Assembly: GCA_031372065.1 (NCBI GenBank)
Contig: JANMKN010000021.1
Location: 1 to 35,046, forward strand
Length of the DNA stretch: 35,046 bases
Direction: 5' to 3'
Source: Abditibacteriaceae bacterium
GTDB lineage: Bacteria > Armatimonadota > Abditibacteriia > Abditibacteriales > Abditibacteriaceae
Part shown: positions 17,300 through 26,244 of the stretch, one piece after another
Layout of the letters: the number at the start of each line of letters is the position of its first letter
Position numbering within the stretch: position 1 is the stretch's first letter
Position numbers and translations under genes: made by a program
The notes under the pieces: generated by a model
Database searches by the model: none
Seen by the model: the letters and a program-made list of their open reading frames with translations, nothing else
What the model was told of the DNA's origin: nothing

Positions 17300-18495
17300 C
17301 ACGCTACAATCTGCCGCGCGATTTCTTTACCGATTTCCAGCGATGCCGTCGCAGCGGGCGACGGCGCATTCAAGACGTGCAGGGCGCTTTCATCCCGCAC
17401 TAATAAAAAATCATCTTCCAAGTGGCCATCGGGATGCAAGGCTTGAGCGCGCACGCCTGCTGCTGACGGCACTAAATCGTCGCTTTGCACTTCAGGAATC
17501 AGCGTTTGCAAACTGCGCGTGAAAATGGATTTATTGAACGAACGCCCCATTTCGCTAAGTCCCACGCGCGGATAACGCAGCGCCAACTTGTGAAGGCCGG
17601 AAAAGGTTAGCGTTTCCCACAAATCGCGTGCGTTAAAGTCAAATTTCTTGTAACCCTCGCGGCGCAAAGCTAAAACCGCGTTCGGGCCGCAGTGAATGTT
17701 GCCGTCTATCATGCGCGTGAAATGCACGCCCAAAAACGGAAAGGCCGGGTCGGGAACGGGATAAATTAAATGCTTCACCAAAAAGCGTTTTTCCGGCTTT
17801 AACTCGAAATATTCGCCCCTGAACGGCACAATTTTCACATCAGTTTGCGCGCCCGCCATGCGCGCGATGCGGTCACAATGCAAACCGGCGCAATTAACTA
17901 AAAAGTTCGCTTCAAAACTGCCCCCTGTCGTTTCAATCGCATAACCACCCGCCGATTTTGGCAAAGTTTGCACGCCAGCGCCCAATTGAATTTCACCACC
18001 GCGTTCTTGAATGAGTTGCGCTAATTTTTCGCAGACATTTTTGTAATCGCAAATGCCGGTTGACAACACGCGCAGCGCCGCCACGCAATGCAAATGCGGC
18101 TCGATTTCTTGAGCTTGCGCGGGCGTTAATTTCTCAACCGCGAGGCCGTTTTCAATGCCGCGCTGCTGCAAATTTTCGAGGCGTGGAATTTCATCTTGGC
18201 GCGTGGCGACGATAACTTTGCCGCAGACTTCGTGCGCAATGTCATGCGCGCGGCAAAATTCGATCATCGCGGTGTTTCCGGCTCTGCACAACTGCGCTTT
18301 CAGGCTGCCCGGTTTGTAATAAATGCCCGAATGAATCACGCCCGAATTGCGCCCGGTTTGATGCGCGGCAAGGCGCGTTTCTTTTTCGAGCAGCAATAAT
18401 TTCGCGCCGGGCCTCGTTTGAAGCAACGCCGCGCCGGTGGCAAGCCCGATAATGCCGCCGCCGATGATAACGAAGTCGTAACGCTTGCTTATCAA
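17299..18495 (-). CDS. lhgO: L-2-hydroxyglutarate oxidase
   Basis: IIGGGIIGLA, HQTGRNSGVIHSGIYY.PGSLKA, PFRGEY, IYPVPDP.FPFLGVH, GVRAQA, NAPSPAATASL. Confidence 0.93.
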   Translation of the reverse strand: MISKRYDFVIIGGGIIGLATGAALLQTRPGAKLLLLEKETRLAAHQTGRNSGVIHSGIYYKPGSLKAQLCRAGNTAMIEFCRAHDIAHEVCGKVIVATRQDEIPRLENLQQRGIENGLAVEKLTPAQAQEIEPHLHCVAALRVLSTGICDYKNVCEKLAQLIQERGGEIQLGAGVQTLPKSAGGYAIETTGGSFEANFLVNCAGLHCDRIARMAGAQTDVKIVPFRGEYFELKPEKRFLVKHLIYPVPDPAFPFLGVHFTRMIDGNIHCGPNAVLALRREGYKKFDFNARDLWETLTFSGLHKLALRYPRVGLSEMGRSFNKSIFTRSLQTLIPEVQSDDLVPSAAGVRAQALHPDGHLEDDFLLVRDESALHVLNAPSPAATASLEIGKEIARQIVA

Positions 18496-18563
18496 AATTT
18501 TAGTTCCCGCGATGCCGTTTAATTTAGCATACTGCTCGTGATTCCATTTCGATCAAGGACAAC

Positions 18564-19559
18564 ATGAAAAATTATCTTCCGGCGCCTGCGCGCTATGAAA
18601 GCATGAAATACAATCGCAGCGGACGCAGCGGCTTGAAATTGCCCGCCGTTTCGCTGGGTTTGTGGCACAATTTCGGCGGCGTGGACACTTTGGAAAACGC
18701 CCGCGCTATGTGCCGCACGGCGTTCGACCACGGCATTACGCATTTCGATTTAGCCAACAATTACGGCCCGCCGCCCGGCAGCGCCGAAGAAAATTTCGGA
18801 CGCATTCTCGACCACGATTTGCGCCCGTGGCGCGACGAACTCATCATTTCCAGCAAAGCCGGTTACGGAATGTGGCCCGGCCCTTATGGTGATTTCGGCT
18901 CGCGCAAATATCTTTTGTCCAGCCTCGATCAAAGTTTAGGGCGCATGAACCTTGATTATGTGGACATTTTTTATCATCACCGGCCCGATAACGAAACGCC
19001 GCTCGAAGAAACCATGAGCGCGCTCGACCAAGCCGTGCGCTGCGGCAAGGCGCTTTATGCCGCGATTTCCAATTATCCCGCCGAAAAAGCTGCGCAAGCT
19101 GCCAAAATCGCGCGCGAACTCGGCACGCCGCTGCTCATTCATCAACCGGCGTATAGCATTTTCAATCGCTGGGTCGAAAAAGATTTGCTGGCGACTTTAG
19201 AAAGCGAAGGCATCGGCTGCATCGCCTTTTCGCCGCTGGCGCAGGGAATGCTGACCAATAAATATCTCGGCGGCATTCCGGGTGATTCACGCGCCGGAAA
19301 ACCCAACGGTTTCTTGCGCCCGCAACACGTCACCGATGAAGCCTTGGGCAAAGTGCGCGAATTAAATGAACTGGCAGAGCAGCGTGGCCAAACCTTGGCG
19401 CAAATGGCCTTGTCGTGGGTTTTGCGGCACCAAAACATGACTTCGGTTCTCATCGGCGCCAGCCGCCCGCAGCAAATCACCGATTGCGTCGGCTGCTTAA
19501 AAAATCTCGAATTTTCCGCCGATGAATTAGCGAAAATTGATGCCATCGCGCCTGCTTGA
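18564..19559 (+). CDS. L-glyceraldehyde 3-phosphate reductase (YghZ/Gpr-type aldo-keto reductase)
   Basis: SLGLWHNFG, HFDLANNYGPPPGSAE, SKAGY.MWPGPYG, DYVDIFYHHRPD. Confidence 0.93.
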   Translation: MKNYLPAPARYESMKYNRSGRSGLKLPAVSLGLWHNFGGVDTLENARAMCRTAFDHGITHFDLANNYGPPPGSAEENFGRILDHDLRPWRDELIISSKAGYGMWPGPYGDFGSRKYLLSSLDQSLGRMNLDYVDIFYHHRPDNETPLEETMSALDQAVRCGKALYAAISNYPAEKAAQAAKIARELGTPLLIHQPAYSIFNRWVEKDLLATLESEGIGCIAFSPLAQGMLTNKYLGGIPGDSRAGKPNGFLRPQHVTDEALGKVRELNELAEQRGQTLAQMALSWVLRHQNMTSVLIGASRPQQITDCVGCLKNLEFSADELAKIDAIAPA

Positions 19560-19572
19560 ATTAAAGAGTAAT

Positions 19573-19662
19573 GAATGGAGCGCGGAACGTCGCCAGTCGC
19601 CCAAAGAGCACTCGAAACAGCTTGGATTGATGTTTTGCATCGGGCAGTTCCGTGTTCCATTC
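19573..19662 (+). repeat. REPIN-like long hairpin after the AKR gene
   Basis: gaatggagcgcggaac / gttccgtgttccattc: 16-bp stem whose two mismatches are both G-U. Confidence 0.65.
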
Positions 19663-19687
19663 TTGAAACGTGACATGTTTTGTGAAA

Positions 19688-20311
19688 ATGAAATCTCTGC
19701 ATTACTCACGCTTTACCACAATTGGTTTCGTTTGTGTTTTGCCTTTGCTGCTGGGAATTGCTTTATGTTTCAAGCAACATCAGCGGATTGCTACACAGGA
19801 ATTGCGCTGGGCTTTGGGCCGCAACAACTATCAATCCGTGCGTAAATGGGCCGTGCAAGCGGGCGATGTCAATGTTAAACCTCTCAAAGAACTTCAACCC
19901 GGCGACTTTGAATTTACCTCACAAGATGGAAGCCCTTACTACGGCGATACGCCTCTTACGATGGCCGTAAAGCATGATGACATAGAAACCATACGCCTTT
20001 TGCTGCAACGGGGGGCAGATGTTAATCAAACAATTGAGGGGAGATTCGTTCCCATTGCGCCTTTAATGACCGCTATAGAACACAGTAACGCCGAAGCAGT
20101 GGAACTTTTACTGGCGCATGGGGCCTCGGCCAATATTGGTGATGAGCATGGGTTTACAGGTTTGGAAATTGCCGAAAATATCGGAAATAATCCCTACGCC
20201 GATTGGCGTTGGGGTGGATTTTCCAAACACAAAGACGCAACCCTGCCTCAAATCGTGAGCCGCAAGAGAGTTGTTTGGCTGTTGAAACAAGCTGGTGCTT
20301 TTGCCCAGTAA
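19688..20311 (+). CDS. Ankyrin-repeat protein with N-terminal membrane anchor
   Basis: GDTPLTMAV..LLLQRGADVN, PLMTAI..LLLAHGA, G.TGL.IA repeats. Confidence 0.85.
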   Translation: MKSLHYSRFTTIGFVCVLPLLLGIALCFKQHQRIATQELRWALGRNNYQSVRKWAVQAGDVNVKPLKELQPGDFEFTSQDGSPYYGDTPLTMAVKHDDIETIRLLLQRGADVNQTIEGRFVPIAPLMTAIEHSNAEAVELLLAHGASANIGDEHGFTGLEIAENIGNNPYADWRWGGFSKHKDATLPQIVSRKRVVWLLKQAGAFAQ

Positions 20312-20336
20312 AAACACTGAAGCGGTCATGTGTTTT

Positions 20337-21317
20337 TTAGTCTCTCCAGCGGATGCCGGACTGAATATCGCGCAGCATTTTGATGTAGCTTTCATAGCGC
20401 GCAGCGTGGATTTTTTTATCCTCCACGGCGGCGCGCACCGCGCATTTGGGTTCGTGATCGTGTGTGCAATCGCCGAATTTGCAGTTTTCCAAAAACGGCA
20501 GAAATTCGGGAAAACACTGGTCTAAATTTATTTCCTGCTGCTCAAACAAAACGACTGTTTTTACGCCCGGCGTGTCGGCTAAATAGCCGCCGAAATCCAG
20601 CGGATGCAAGGAAACATCGGTTGTGGTGTGGCGACCTTTGCCGATGTCCATCACGTCGCCGACCCACAAATGCAATCCCGGTTGCACGGCGTTGACAAGC
20701 GACGATTTCCCCACGCCCGAACTGCCCAAAACAGCCGAAATGCGGTCTTTGAGATGCTTTTGCACTTCTTCGAGGCCAATGTCTTCGTCAGCGGCTGTTA
20801 AAACAACTGGATAACCCAAACTTTCGTAAAGTTTTTGAATCGGCGCGATTTCTTTTTTGAGTTCGCGCTTTTTCATGAGGTCTATTTTGTTGAAGCAAAT
20901 CAGCGCTTTTAATTCGTTCGATTCGGCCAAAACCAAAAAGCGGTCAAGGCGATGCGTGTTTAAATCCGGCTCGCGCACCGACAGCACAATGACAACTTGA
21001 TCGAGATTTGCCAGCGTGACTTGCGCCAGTTTGCCGACGCGTCCACGCGACAGCGTTGAACGGCGCGGCAACACTTGTTCGATTGAGCCTTCGCGCAAGT
21101 AAACACCATGCACATTGGTGCCCGTAGTTTCGAGAGAAAGCACACTCACTCGGTCGCCGACGACAACCGGCTGTGTGGTGGTTTGGCGCCCTTTTTTGAG
21201 GAGTCCGCGAATCTGACAAACACGCGGCGACGGGTCTGTATCGCCTTCGATGTCCACTTCATATAAGCCGCCACCAATAGCGCGCGTGACGGTTCCGATT
21301 AAAAGTTCTTCGGTCAT
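20337..21317 (-). CDS. rsgA: Ribosome small subunit-dependent GTPase A
   Basis: VVGDRV, NKID, GSSGVGKSS, GRHTTT, DTPG, CKFGDCTHDHEPKC zinc site. Confidence 0.96.
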   Translation of the reverse strand: MTEELLIGTVTRAIGGGLYEVDIEGDTDPSPRVCQIRGLLKKGRQTTTQPVVVGDRVSVLSLETTGTNVHGVYLREGSIEQVLPRRSTLSRGRVGKLAQVTLANLDQVVIVLSVREPDLNTHRLDRFLVLAESNELKALICFNKIDLMKKRELKKEIAPIQKLYESLGYPVVLTAADEDIGLEEVQKHLKDRISAVLGSSGVGKSSLVNAVQPGLHLWVGDVMDIGKGRHTTTDVSLHPLDFGGYLADTPGVKTVVLFEQQEINLDQCFPEFLPFLENCKFGDCTHDHEPKCAVRAAVEDKKIHAARYESYIKMLRDIQSGIRWRD

Positions 21318-21372
21318 AGCTTTTAGCGATTAGCTTTTAGCGGTTAGCCATAACAGCTAATCGCTAAAAGCT
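21318..21372. repeat. Inverted element of 7-bp subrepeats (TAGCNNT) filling the C26-rsgA spacer
   Basis: agcttttagcgattagct (21318-21335) / agctaatcgctaaaagct (21355-21372), perfect 18-bp IR. Confidence 0.8.
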
Positions 21373-22109
21373 CACCGCTTTTTGCTGGCCTCCGAAACCA
21401 GCCAATCAAATAAGGGTTGAAACTGCGGGTAAAGAGCGGCGATTTCTTCGGGATGAAACTGCACGCTGAGGATTGGCTTGCCGTCGCTGCTTTCCAAGCC
21501 TTCAATCACGCCGTCTTTGGCGAGGCTGTTGATTTTTAGCCCCGGCGCAACATCTTTAGCGGCTTGATGATGATACGAATTGACGGCCATTTTTGTGTTG
21601 CCCAAAACCTGCGCCAAAAGCGAGTTGGCTTCGATATCAATCGAATGCAACAGCGTAACTTCCAGCCCATCGCCGTAATGCTTGCAAGCGCCCTCGACTT
21701 GCGAGGGAATATCTTGAACCAAAGTGCCGCCAAGCGCCACGTTAAGCAGTTGCAAACCGCGACAAATGCCCAAAATTGGCACGCCTTTTTCTATGGCGGC
21801 GTTGGTCAGCGCGATCTCTAACGCATCGCGTTTGGGGTCTTGATATTTGCTGGTGATATGCGGCTCTTCGCCGTAATTCAGCGACAAAATATCGCCGCCA
21901 CCGGTTAGCAAAAGGCCATCGGCGGCCTCCAGTGCGGCCAGAGTTGTGGCTTCATCGGTCACGCAAGGCAGCAAAAGCGGCACGCCACCGCTACGCGCGA
22001 CAGATTGCGTGTAGTCAATGTCGCAGCCGTTCCATACGGTCTGCGGTTTCGAGTCGCCCGCGCTTTCGTTTTTGCGCCCGGCGGTGATGAGAATAATCGG
22101 TTTTTTCAT
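21372..22109 (-). CDS. Peptidase C26 / gamma-glutamyl-gamma-aminobutyrate hydrolase-family glutamine amidotransferase
   Basis: DGLLLTGGGD, RD..E, LGICRGLQ, GGTLVQD, VNSYHHQA, DGVIE, VQFHPE. Confidence 0.92.
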   Translation of the reverse strand: MKKPIILITAGRKNESAGDSKPQTVWNGCDIDYTQSVARSGGVPLLLPCVTDEATTLAALEAADGLLLTGGGDILSLNYGEEPHITSKYQDPKRDALEIALTNAAIEKGVPILGICRGLQLLNVALGGTLVQDIPSQVEGACKHYGDGLEVTLLHSIDIEANSLLAQVLGNTKMAVNSYHHQAAKDVAPGLKINSLAKDGVIEGLESSDGKPILSVQFHPEEIAALYPQFQPLFDWLVSEASKKR

Positions 22110-22130
22110 GGGTGAAATGGTTTCACGGAG

Positions 22131-22168
22131 AAAACAAAAACGGCTGCCCCATGAAGGAGCAGCCGTTT
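22131..22168 (-). terminator. Attenuator terminator upstream of the C26 gene
   Basis: Minus strand reads AAACGGCTGCTCC-TTCAT-GGGGCAGCCGTTT TTGTTTT. Confidence 0.8.
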
Positions 22169-22190
22169 AATATCGGAACAAAAAGCCGAG

Positions 22191-22253
22191 TTAAAACGGG
22201 CCATCACAGAGGCGAGGAGAAAAAGAAAAGTTGAAAATAGAAACAATGAGCAT
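22191..22253 (-). CDS. Putative 20-aa leader peptide MLIVSIFNFSFSPRLCDGPF
   Basis: ATG 8 nt downstream of GAGGAGG (22262-22268); lies between a promoter and a terminator. Confidence 0.65.
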   Translation of the reverse strand: MLIVSIFNFSFSPRLCDGPF

Positions 22254-22292
22254 GGGGTTCGCCTCCTCGTGGATTTTTTAACAGCGCAAGGC

Positions 22293-22321
22293 ATTGTAGC
22301 GCTCGTTTTGTGCGGCGTCAA
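22293..22321 (-). promoter_or_regulatory. Sigma70-type promoter TTGACG-N17-TACAAT
   Basis: -35 at 22321-22316, -10 at 22298-22293, exact 17-bp spacer. Confidence 0.75.
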
Positions 22322-24147
22322 GCGATTTTTTCAACCGCTCCGTTATCCTCTTGAAATTGCGCCGCATAAAGGCGCGCATAGGCGCCGCTGCGGGCCAAAA
22401 GTTCGCTGTGCGTGCCGCGTTCGATGATACGTCCGTGTTCCAAAACAAGAATTTGATCGGCTTCCAAAACTGTTGACAAACGATGCGCGATGGCGAACGT
22501 TGTGCGGCCTTGCGACAGACGGTCAAGCGCATCTTGAATGAGACGTTCGCTGTGCGTATCGAGCGCGCTGGTCGCTTCATCCAAAATCAAAATGCGCGGC
22601 TCTTTTAAAATGGCGCGGGCGATGGCGATGCGCTGTTTTTGGCCGCCGCTGAGTTTGTAACCACGCTCGCCAACCAGAGTTTCGTAGCCATCCGGCAGCG
22701 TCATAATATGTTCGTGAATGGCCGCTGCTTTGGAAGCTTCAATGATTTGTTCATCTGTTGCATCGGGCCGTCCGTAGCGCAGATTTTCTTTGATGGTGTC
22801 GTGGACTAAATAGCTTTCCTGCGTGACGACACCAATGATTTGCCCGATGGATTCGAGGGCGAGGTCTTTCACATCATGGCCGTCAATCAGAACGTGCCCA
22901 CCACTTGCATCATAAAGGCGCGGGATAAGATAGGTCAGCGTTGTTTTGCCCGAACCGGAAGCGCCAACTAAGGCGATATGTTCGCCCGCTTTGGCGGTTA
23001 GAGAAACGCCGTCCAAGGTTGGCGCTTCTTGGTTTTCGTCGTAGTGAAAACTGACGTTTTCAAAAGTGACAGCGCCGGAAATTTCCGATGGTTTTAGCTT
23101 TTTTGCATCGGGCGCGTCGCGGATTTCCTGCGGCTTGTCGAGGTATTCAAAAATGCGATCAAAAAGAGCCAGCGCGCCAGTGATTTCGACTTGAATATTC
23201 AGCAAGTTCGTCAGCGGAAAAAACAAGCGCGATTGCAGCGAGGTAAACGCCACAATGGTGCCGATGGATAATGTCGGGTCGTTTTTTTCGACAATCAGCC
23301 AGCCGGCCAGCCAATATACCAAAACCGGCGTCACCGAAAAAGTCAGCATAATCACGCTGAAAAAGACACGCATCAAAATGCCCTGCTTCAGTTGCGAATC
23401 AGTGAGGAGTTGGTTTTCGCTCGCAAATTTCTCGCTGGTCAAACCGCGCCGCCCGCTGGTTTTGGTAAGCAGTGCGCCCGATACCGAAAGCGTTTCTTGC
23501 ATCGTGGCATTTAAATCGGCCAATTGTTGCTGCGCTACGCCGCGAATGCCGCGCGAATATTCACCGACATACGACGCGAAAAACGCAAAAAGCGGCAACA
23601 CGCCAACGCTGAGTAAAGTCAAGCGCCAATCCATGTAAAGCATGGCGACAATGGTGGAAAGCACTGTCGCGGCGTTTGATAAAACATTGGCAACCGTGTC
23701 GGATAACACGCCTTGCACGCCGCCGACATCACTGACCAAGCGGCTTTGCAATTCTCCAGTGCGCGTGGCGGTGAAAAAACGCAGCGACATTCCCTGCAAG
23801 TGATCGAAAAGCTGATTGCGCAAATCGCGCATGATGCGCTGCCCAACGGCCATCGAAAGGTAGCCATACCACAAGCCCAGCAGCGTGCCGCCGATAGTGA
23901 CAAGCAACGTTAGCAGCGTGTAATGTGTAACAAGGGGCAAGTTGCTTTTGCCCAGCCCTTGGTCAATGATAACGCGCAGATAAAACGGCGAAAGCAAGCC
24001 CATAGCCGCTGCCGCCAGCACTAAAAACGCAATAGCAGCCAGTTGCCCTTGATAAGGCTGGAAAGCGCGCGCCACGCGCTTCACCGTAGCGCGCGGAATC
24101 GGTTTGCGTTTGGGTTTTTCTTCGTTGTTAATTTTGGTTTCGGGCAT
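22318..24147 (-). CDS. ABC exporter, fused permease/ATPase (MsbA/ABCB type)
   Basis: TM domain plus GASGSGKTT, LSGGQKQRIAIAR, ILDEATSALD, IAHRLST. Confidence 0.95.
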   Translation of the reverse strand: MPETKINNEEKPKRKPIPRATVKRVARAFQPYQGQLAAIAFLVLAAAAMGLLSPFYLRVIIDQGLGKSNLPLVTHYTLLTLLVTIGGTLLGLWYGYLSMAVGQRIMRDLRNQLFDHLQGMSLRFFTATRTGELQSRLVSDVGGVQGVLSDTVANVLSNAATVLSTIVAMLYMDWRLTLLSVGVLPLFAFFASYVGEYSRGIRGVAQQQLADLNATMQETLSVSGALLTKTSGRRGLTSEKFASENQLLTDSQLKQGILMRVFFSVIMLTFSVTPVLVYWLAGWLIVEKNDPTLSIGTIVAFTSLQSRLFFPLTNLLNIQVEITGALALFDRIFEYLDKPQEIRDAPDAKKLKPSEISGAVTFENVSFHYDENQEAPTLDGVSLTAKAGEHIALVGASGSGKTTLTYLIPRLYDASGGHVLIDGHDVKDLALESIGQIIGVVTQESYLVHDTIKENLRYGRPDATDEQIIEASKAAAIHEHIMTLPDGYETLVGERGYKLSGGQKQRIAIARAILKEPRILILDEATSALDTHSERLIQDALDRLSQGRTTFAIAHRLSTVLEADQILVLEHGRIIERGTHSELLARSGAYARLYAAQFQEDNGAVEKIA

Positions 24148-24167
24148 TCAAGTTTTGGTAAGGCGAA

Positions 24168-24626
24168 TTAATACGGAAAAATGGCGCGCGGCGCTTGAGG
24201 ATATTTCTTTTTCGCTTCGTCAACAATGCTGACATCGGTGGCAAAACCCCAATGCAACACTTTCCATTTCTTGCCATTTTTATGCAGCAGCGCAGCCATT
24301 TCGCCCCAGAGGAATTTCTCGTCAATCGGTTTGCTGTCTTTATGCAGCGCGTTGCCTTGCATAAAAGCCCATCCGCTTTGCGTTTTCAGGCTGCCAACGC
24401 GAAAAATAACAGGAAACTTTGTCGTTTTTTGCACCGGAATGCGAAGCGCATCCATGATCGCTTTGCGTTCGGCGCCGCCTGGTTTGGGCGTGGTTGCTTT
24501 GCTTACTGTTTTGTTCGGCGCTTTGCTTGTTTTTGCTTTGAGCGCCGATTGCGCGGCAAAAACAAGCAAAAGCAATAGCAGAAGTTTTTTTATGTTGCTC
24601 CTTGCAAACCAAAAAGAATTTTTCAT
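24168..24626 (-). CDS. Secreted basic hypothetical protein
   Basis: Signal-like LLLLLLLVFAAQSA; ERKAIMDALR, GWAF, ALL, YPQAP.AIFP pattern. Confidence 0.7.
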   Translation of the reverse strand: MKNSFWFARSNIKKLLLLLLLVFAAQSALKAKTSKAPNKTVSKATTPKPGGAERKAIMDALRIPVQKTTKFPVIFRVGSLKTQSGWAFMQGNALHKDSKPIDEKFLWGEMAALLHKNGKKWKVLHWGFATDVSIVDEAKKKYPQAPRAIFPY

Positions 24627-24702
24627 GGTCGAATTACCGTTTCCAAAAAGATGTGGTTGTTTTAGCGTATCAAAACGTGGGCAAACAAAGAAACGAAATT
24701 TC

Positions 24703-26214
24703 ATGTTTAAAACAGCGATGTTCTCAATGGCTCTTAGCGCTTTGATGAGTGCCACGGTAATGGCGGTGCCTTTTAAAATTCAGGTCGTGGATGAGCAAAC
24801 CGGACGCGGCGTGCCGCTTGTGGAATTGAAAACAACCGACGCCACTACTTACTATACAGATAGCAATGGCATCGTGGCTTTCGAGGAGCCGGGACTGATG
24901 AATCAGGACATCTTTTTCTCATTGAAAAGTCATGGCTATGAATTTCCCCAAGACGGCTTTGGCAGTCGTGGTAAGGCGCTTAAAACTGTTCCCGGTGGCA
25001 GCGCGCAACTTTCCATCAAGCGCCTCAATATCGCCGAGCGACTTTATCGCATTACCGGGCCGGGCATTTACCGCGATACAGTTTTAGTCGGCGAAAAAGC
25101 GCCGCTCAAAGCGCCGCTTTTAAACGGAAAAGTGATGGGCCAAGATACCGTGATGTCCACGGTTTACAAAAACAAAATTTATTGGTTTTGGGGCGATACT
25201 TCGCGGCCCGCTTATCCTTTGGGCAACTTTCACACATCAGGCGCCACGTCGCTGTTGCCAAACCAAGGCGGGCTGAATCCAAGTGTCGGCATTGATTACG
25301 ATTACTGGGTGAACCAAGATGGTTTTTGCCGCGCCATGGTGGAACTGCCGCCCACCGCAGGCGCCACGCTGATTTGGATTGATGGCCTGATAACTTTGCC
25401 CGACGAGAAAGGCAACGAGCGCCTTGTTGGGCATTACGACAATTTGAAAAGCATGAGCGAACCGCTCGCGCAAGGTTTGATTGTTTTCAACGACCAAAAG
25501 CAAACTTTTGAGTTACTCAAGCCGTTCGACTTGAAAAATCCGCTGCACCCGCGCAATTATCCGTTTCGCGTGAAAGTGAAGGACGCCGATTATTTTTACT
25601 TCGCTTCGCCCTTGCCCAACGTGCGCGTCAAAGCCAATTGGAACGATATCCAAAATCAGGCGCTATATGAATCTTACACGCCGCTCAGACCCGGCACGCG
25701 CTTTCAAAAAGAGCAAACCGAACTCGAACGCGACGCGGCGGGCCAATTAGTGTGGACATGGAAGCAGAATACCGCGCCGCTCAACGGTTCACAGCAAAAC
25801 CAACTCATCAAAGCAGGAAAAATGAAGGCAGATGAGTCGCCGTTTCGCCTCACGGATAAAGATTCGGCCCAACCTATCGAAGCGCACAACGGCTCGGTTT
25901 TTTGGAATGATTACCTCAAAAAATATGTGATGATCTTCGTGCAGGCGGGCGGCAGTTCCTCGTATTTGGGCGAAATTTGGTATGCCGAAAGCACCACGCT
26001 CGAAGGCCCGTGGCAGAATGCCAAAAAGATTCTCACGCACGAAAAATACACCTTCTACAATCCCGTTCAACATCCGTTTTTTGACGACGGGCGTTTTGTT
26101 TATTTTGAAGGCACTTACTGCAACACATTTTCGGGCAATGATAACCAAACCCCGCGCTACGATTACAACCAGATGATGTATCGCTTGGATTTAAGCGACG
26201 CGCGCTTGCGTTAA
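24703..26214 (+). CDS. Secreted hypothetical protein (possible beta-propeller hydrolase-like)
   Basis: Signal peptide from ATG 24703; VVDEQTGRGVPLVEL, WFWGDT, YFEGTY, PRYDYNQMMYRLDL. Confidence 0.75.
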   Translation: MFKTAMFSMALSALMSATVMAVPFKIQVVDEQTGRGVPLVELKTTDATTYYTDSNGIVAFEEPGLMNQDIFFSLKSHGYEFPQDGFGSRGKALKTVPGGSAQLSIKRLNIAERLYRITGPGIYRDTVLVGEKAPLKAPLLNGKVMGQDTVMSTVYKNKIYWFWGDTSRPAYPLGNFHTSGATSLLPNQGGLNPSVGIDYDYWVNQDGFCRAMVELPPTAGATLIWIDGLITLPDEKGNERLVGHYDNLKSMSEPLAQGLIVFNDQKQTFELLKPFDLKNPLHPRNYPFRVKVKDADYFYFASPLPNVRVKANWNDIQNQALYESYTPLRPGTRFQKEQTELERDAAGQLVWTWKQNTAPLNGSQQNQLIKAGKMKADESPFRLTDKDSAQPIEAHNGSVFWNDYLKKYVMIFVQAGGSSSYLGEIWYAESTTLEGPWQNAKKILTHEKYTFYNPVQHPFFDDGRFVYFEGTYCNTFSGNDNQTPRYDYNQMMYRLDLSDARLR

Positions 26215-26244
26215 ATATCAAGGCAAAGGACATAATAAATCGCA

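Noticed and set aside
17046..17522. ORFs in several frames across the 21-bp array (LRASAES, APARNHC, RQRGI repeats)
   Set aside because: They are stop-free only because of the GC-rich repeat, overlap cmk and lhgO antisense, and have no RBS.
22106..22321. 71-aa ORF from the track spanning the attenuator region
   Set aside because: It runs through the promoter and terminator with a TTG start and no RBS; the 20-aa uORF with GAGGAGG is better supported.
24226..24702. N-terminal 159 aa of the 662-aa ORF
   Set aside because: It is antisense to the 24168-24626 gene; a signal peptide starts at 24703.
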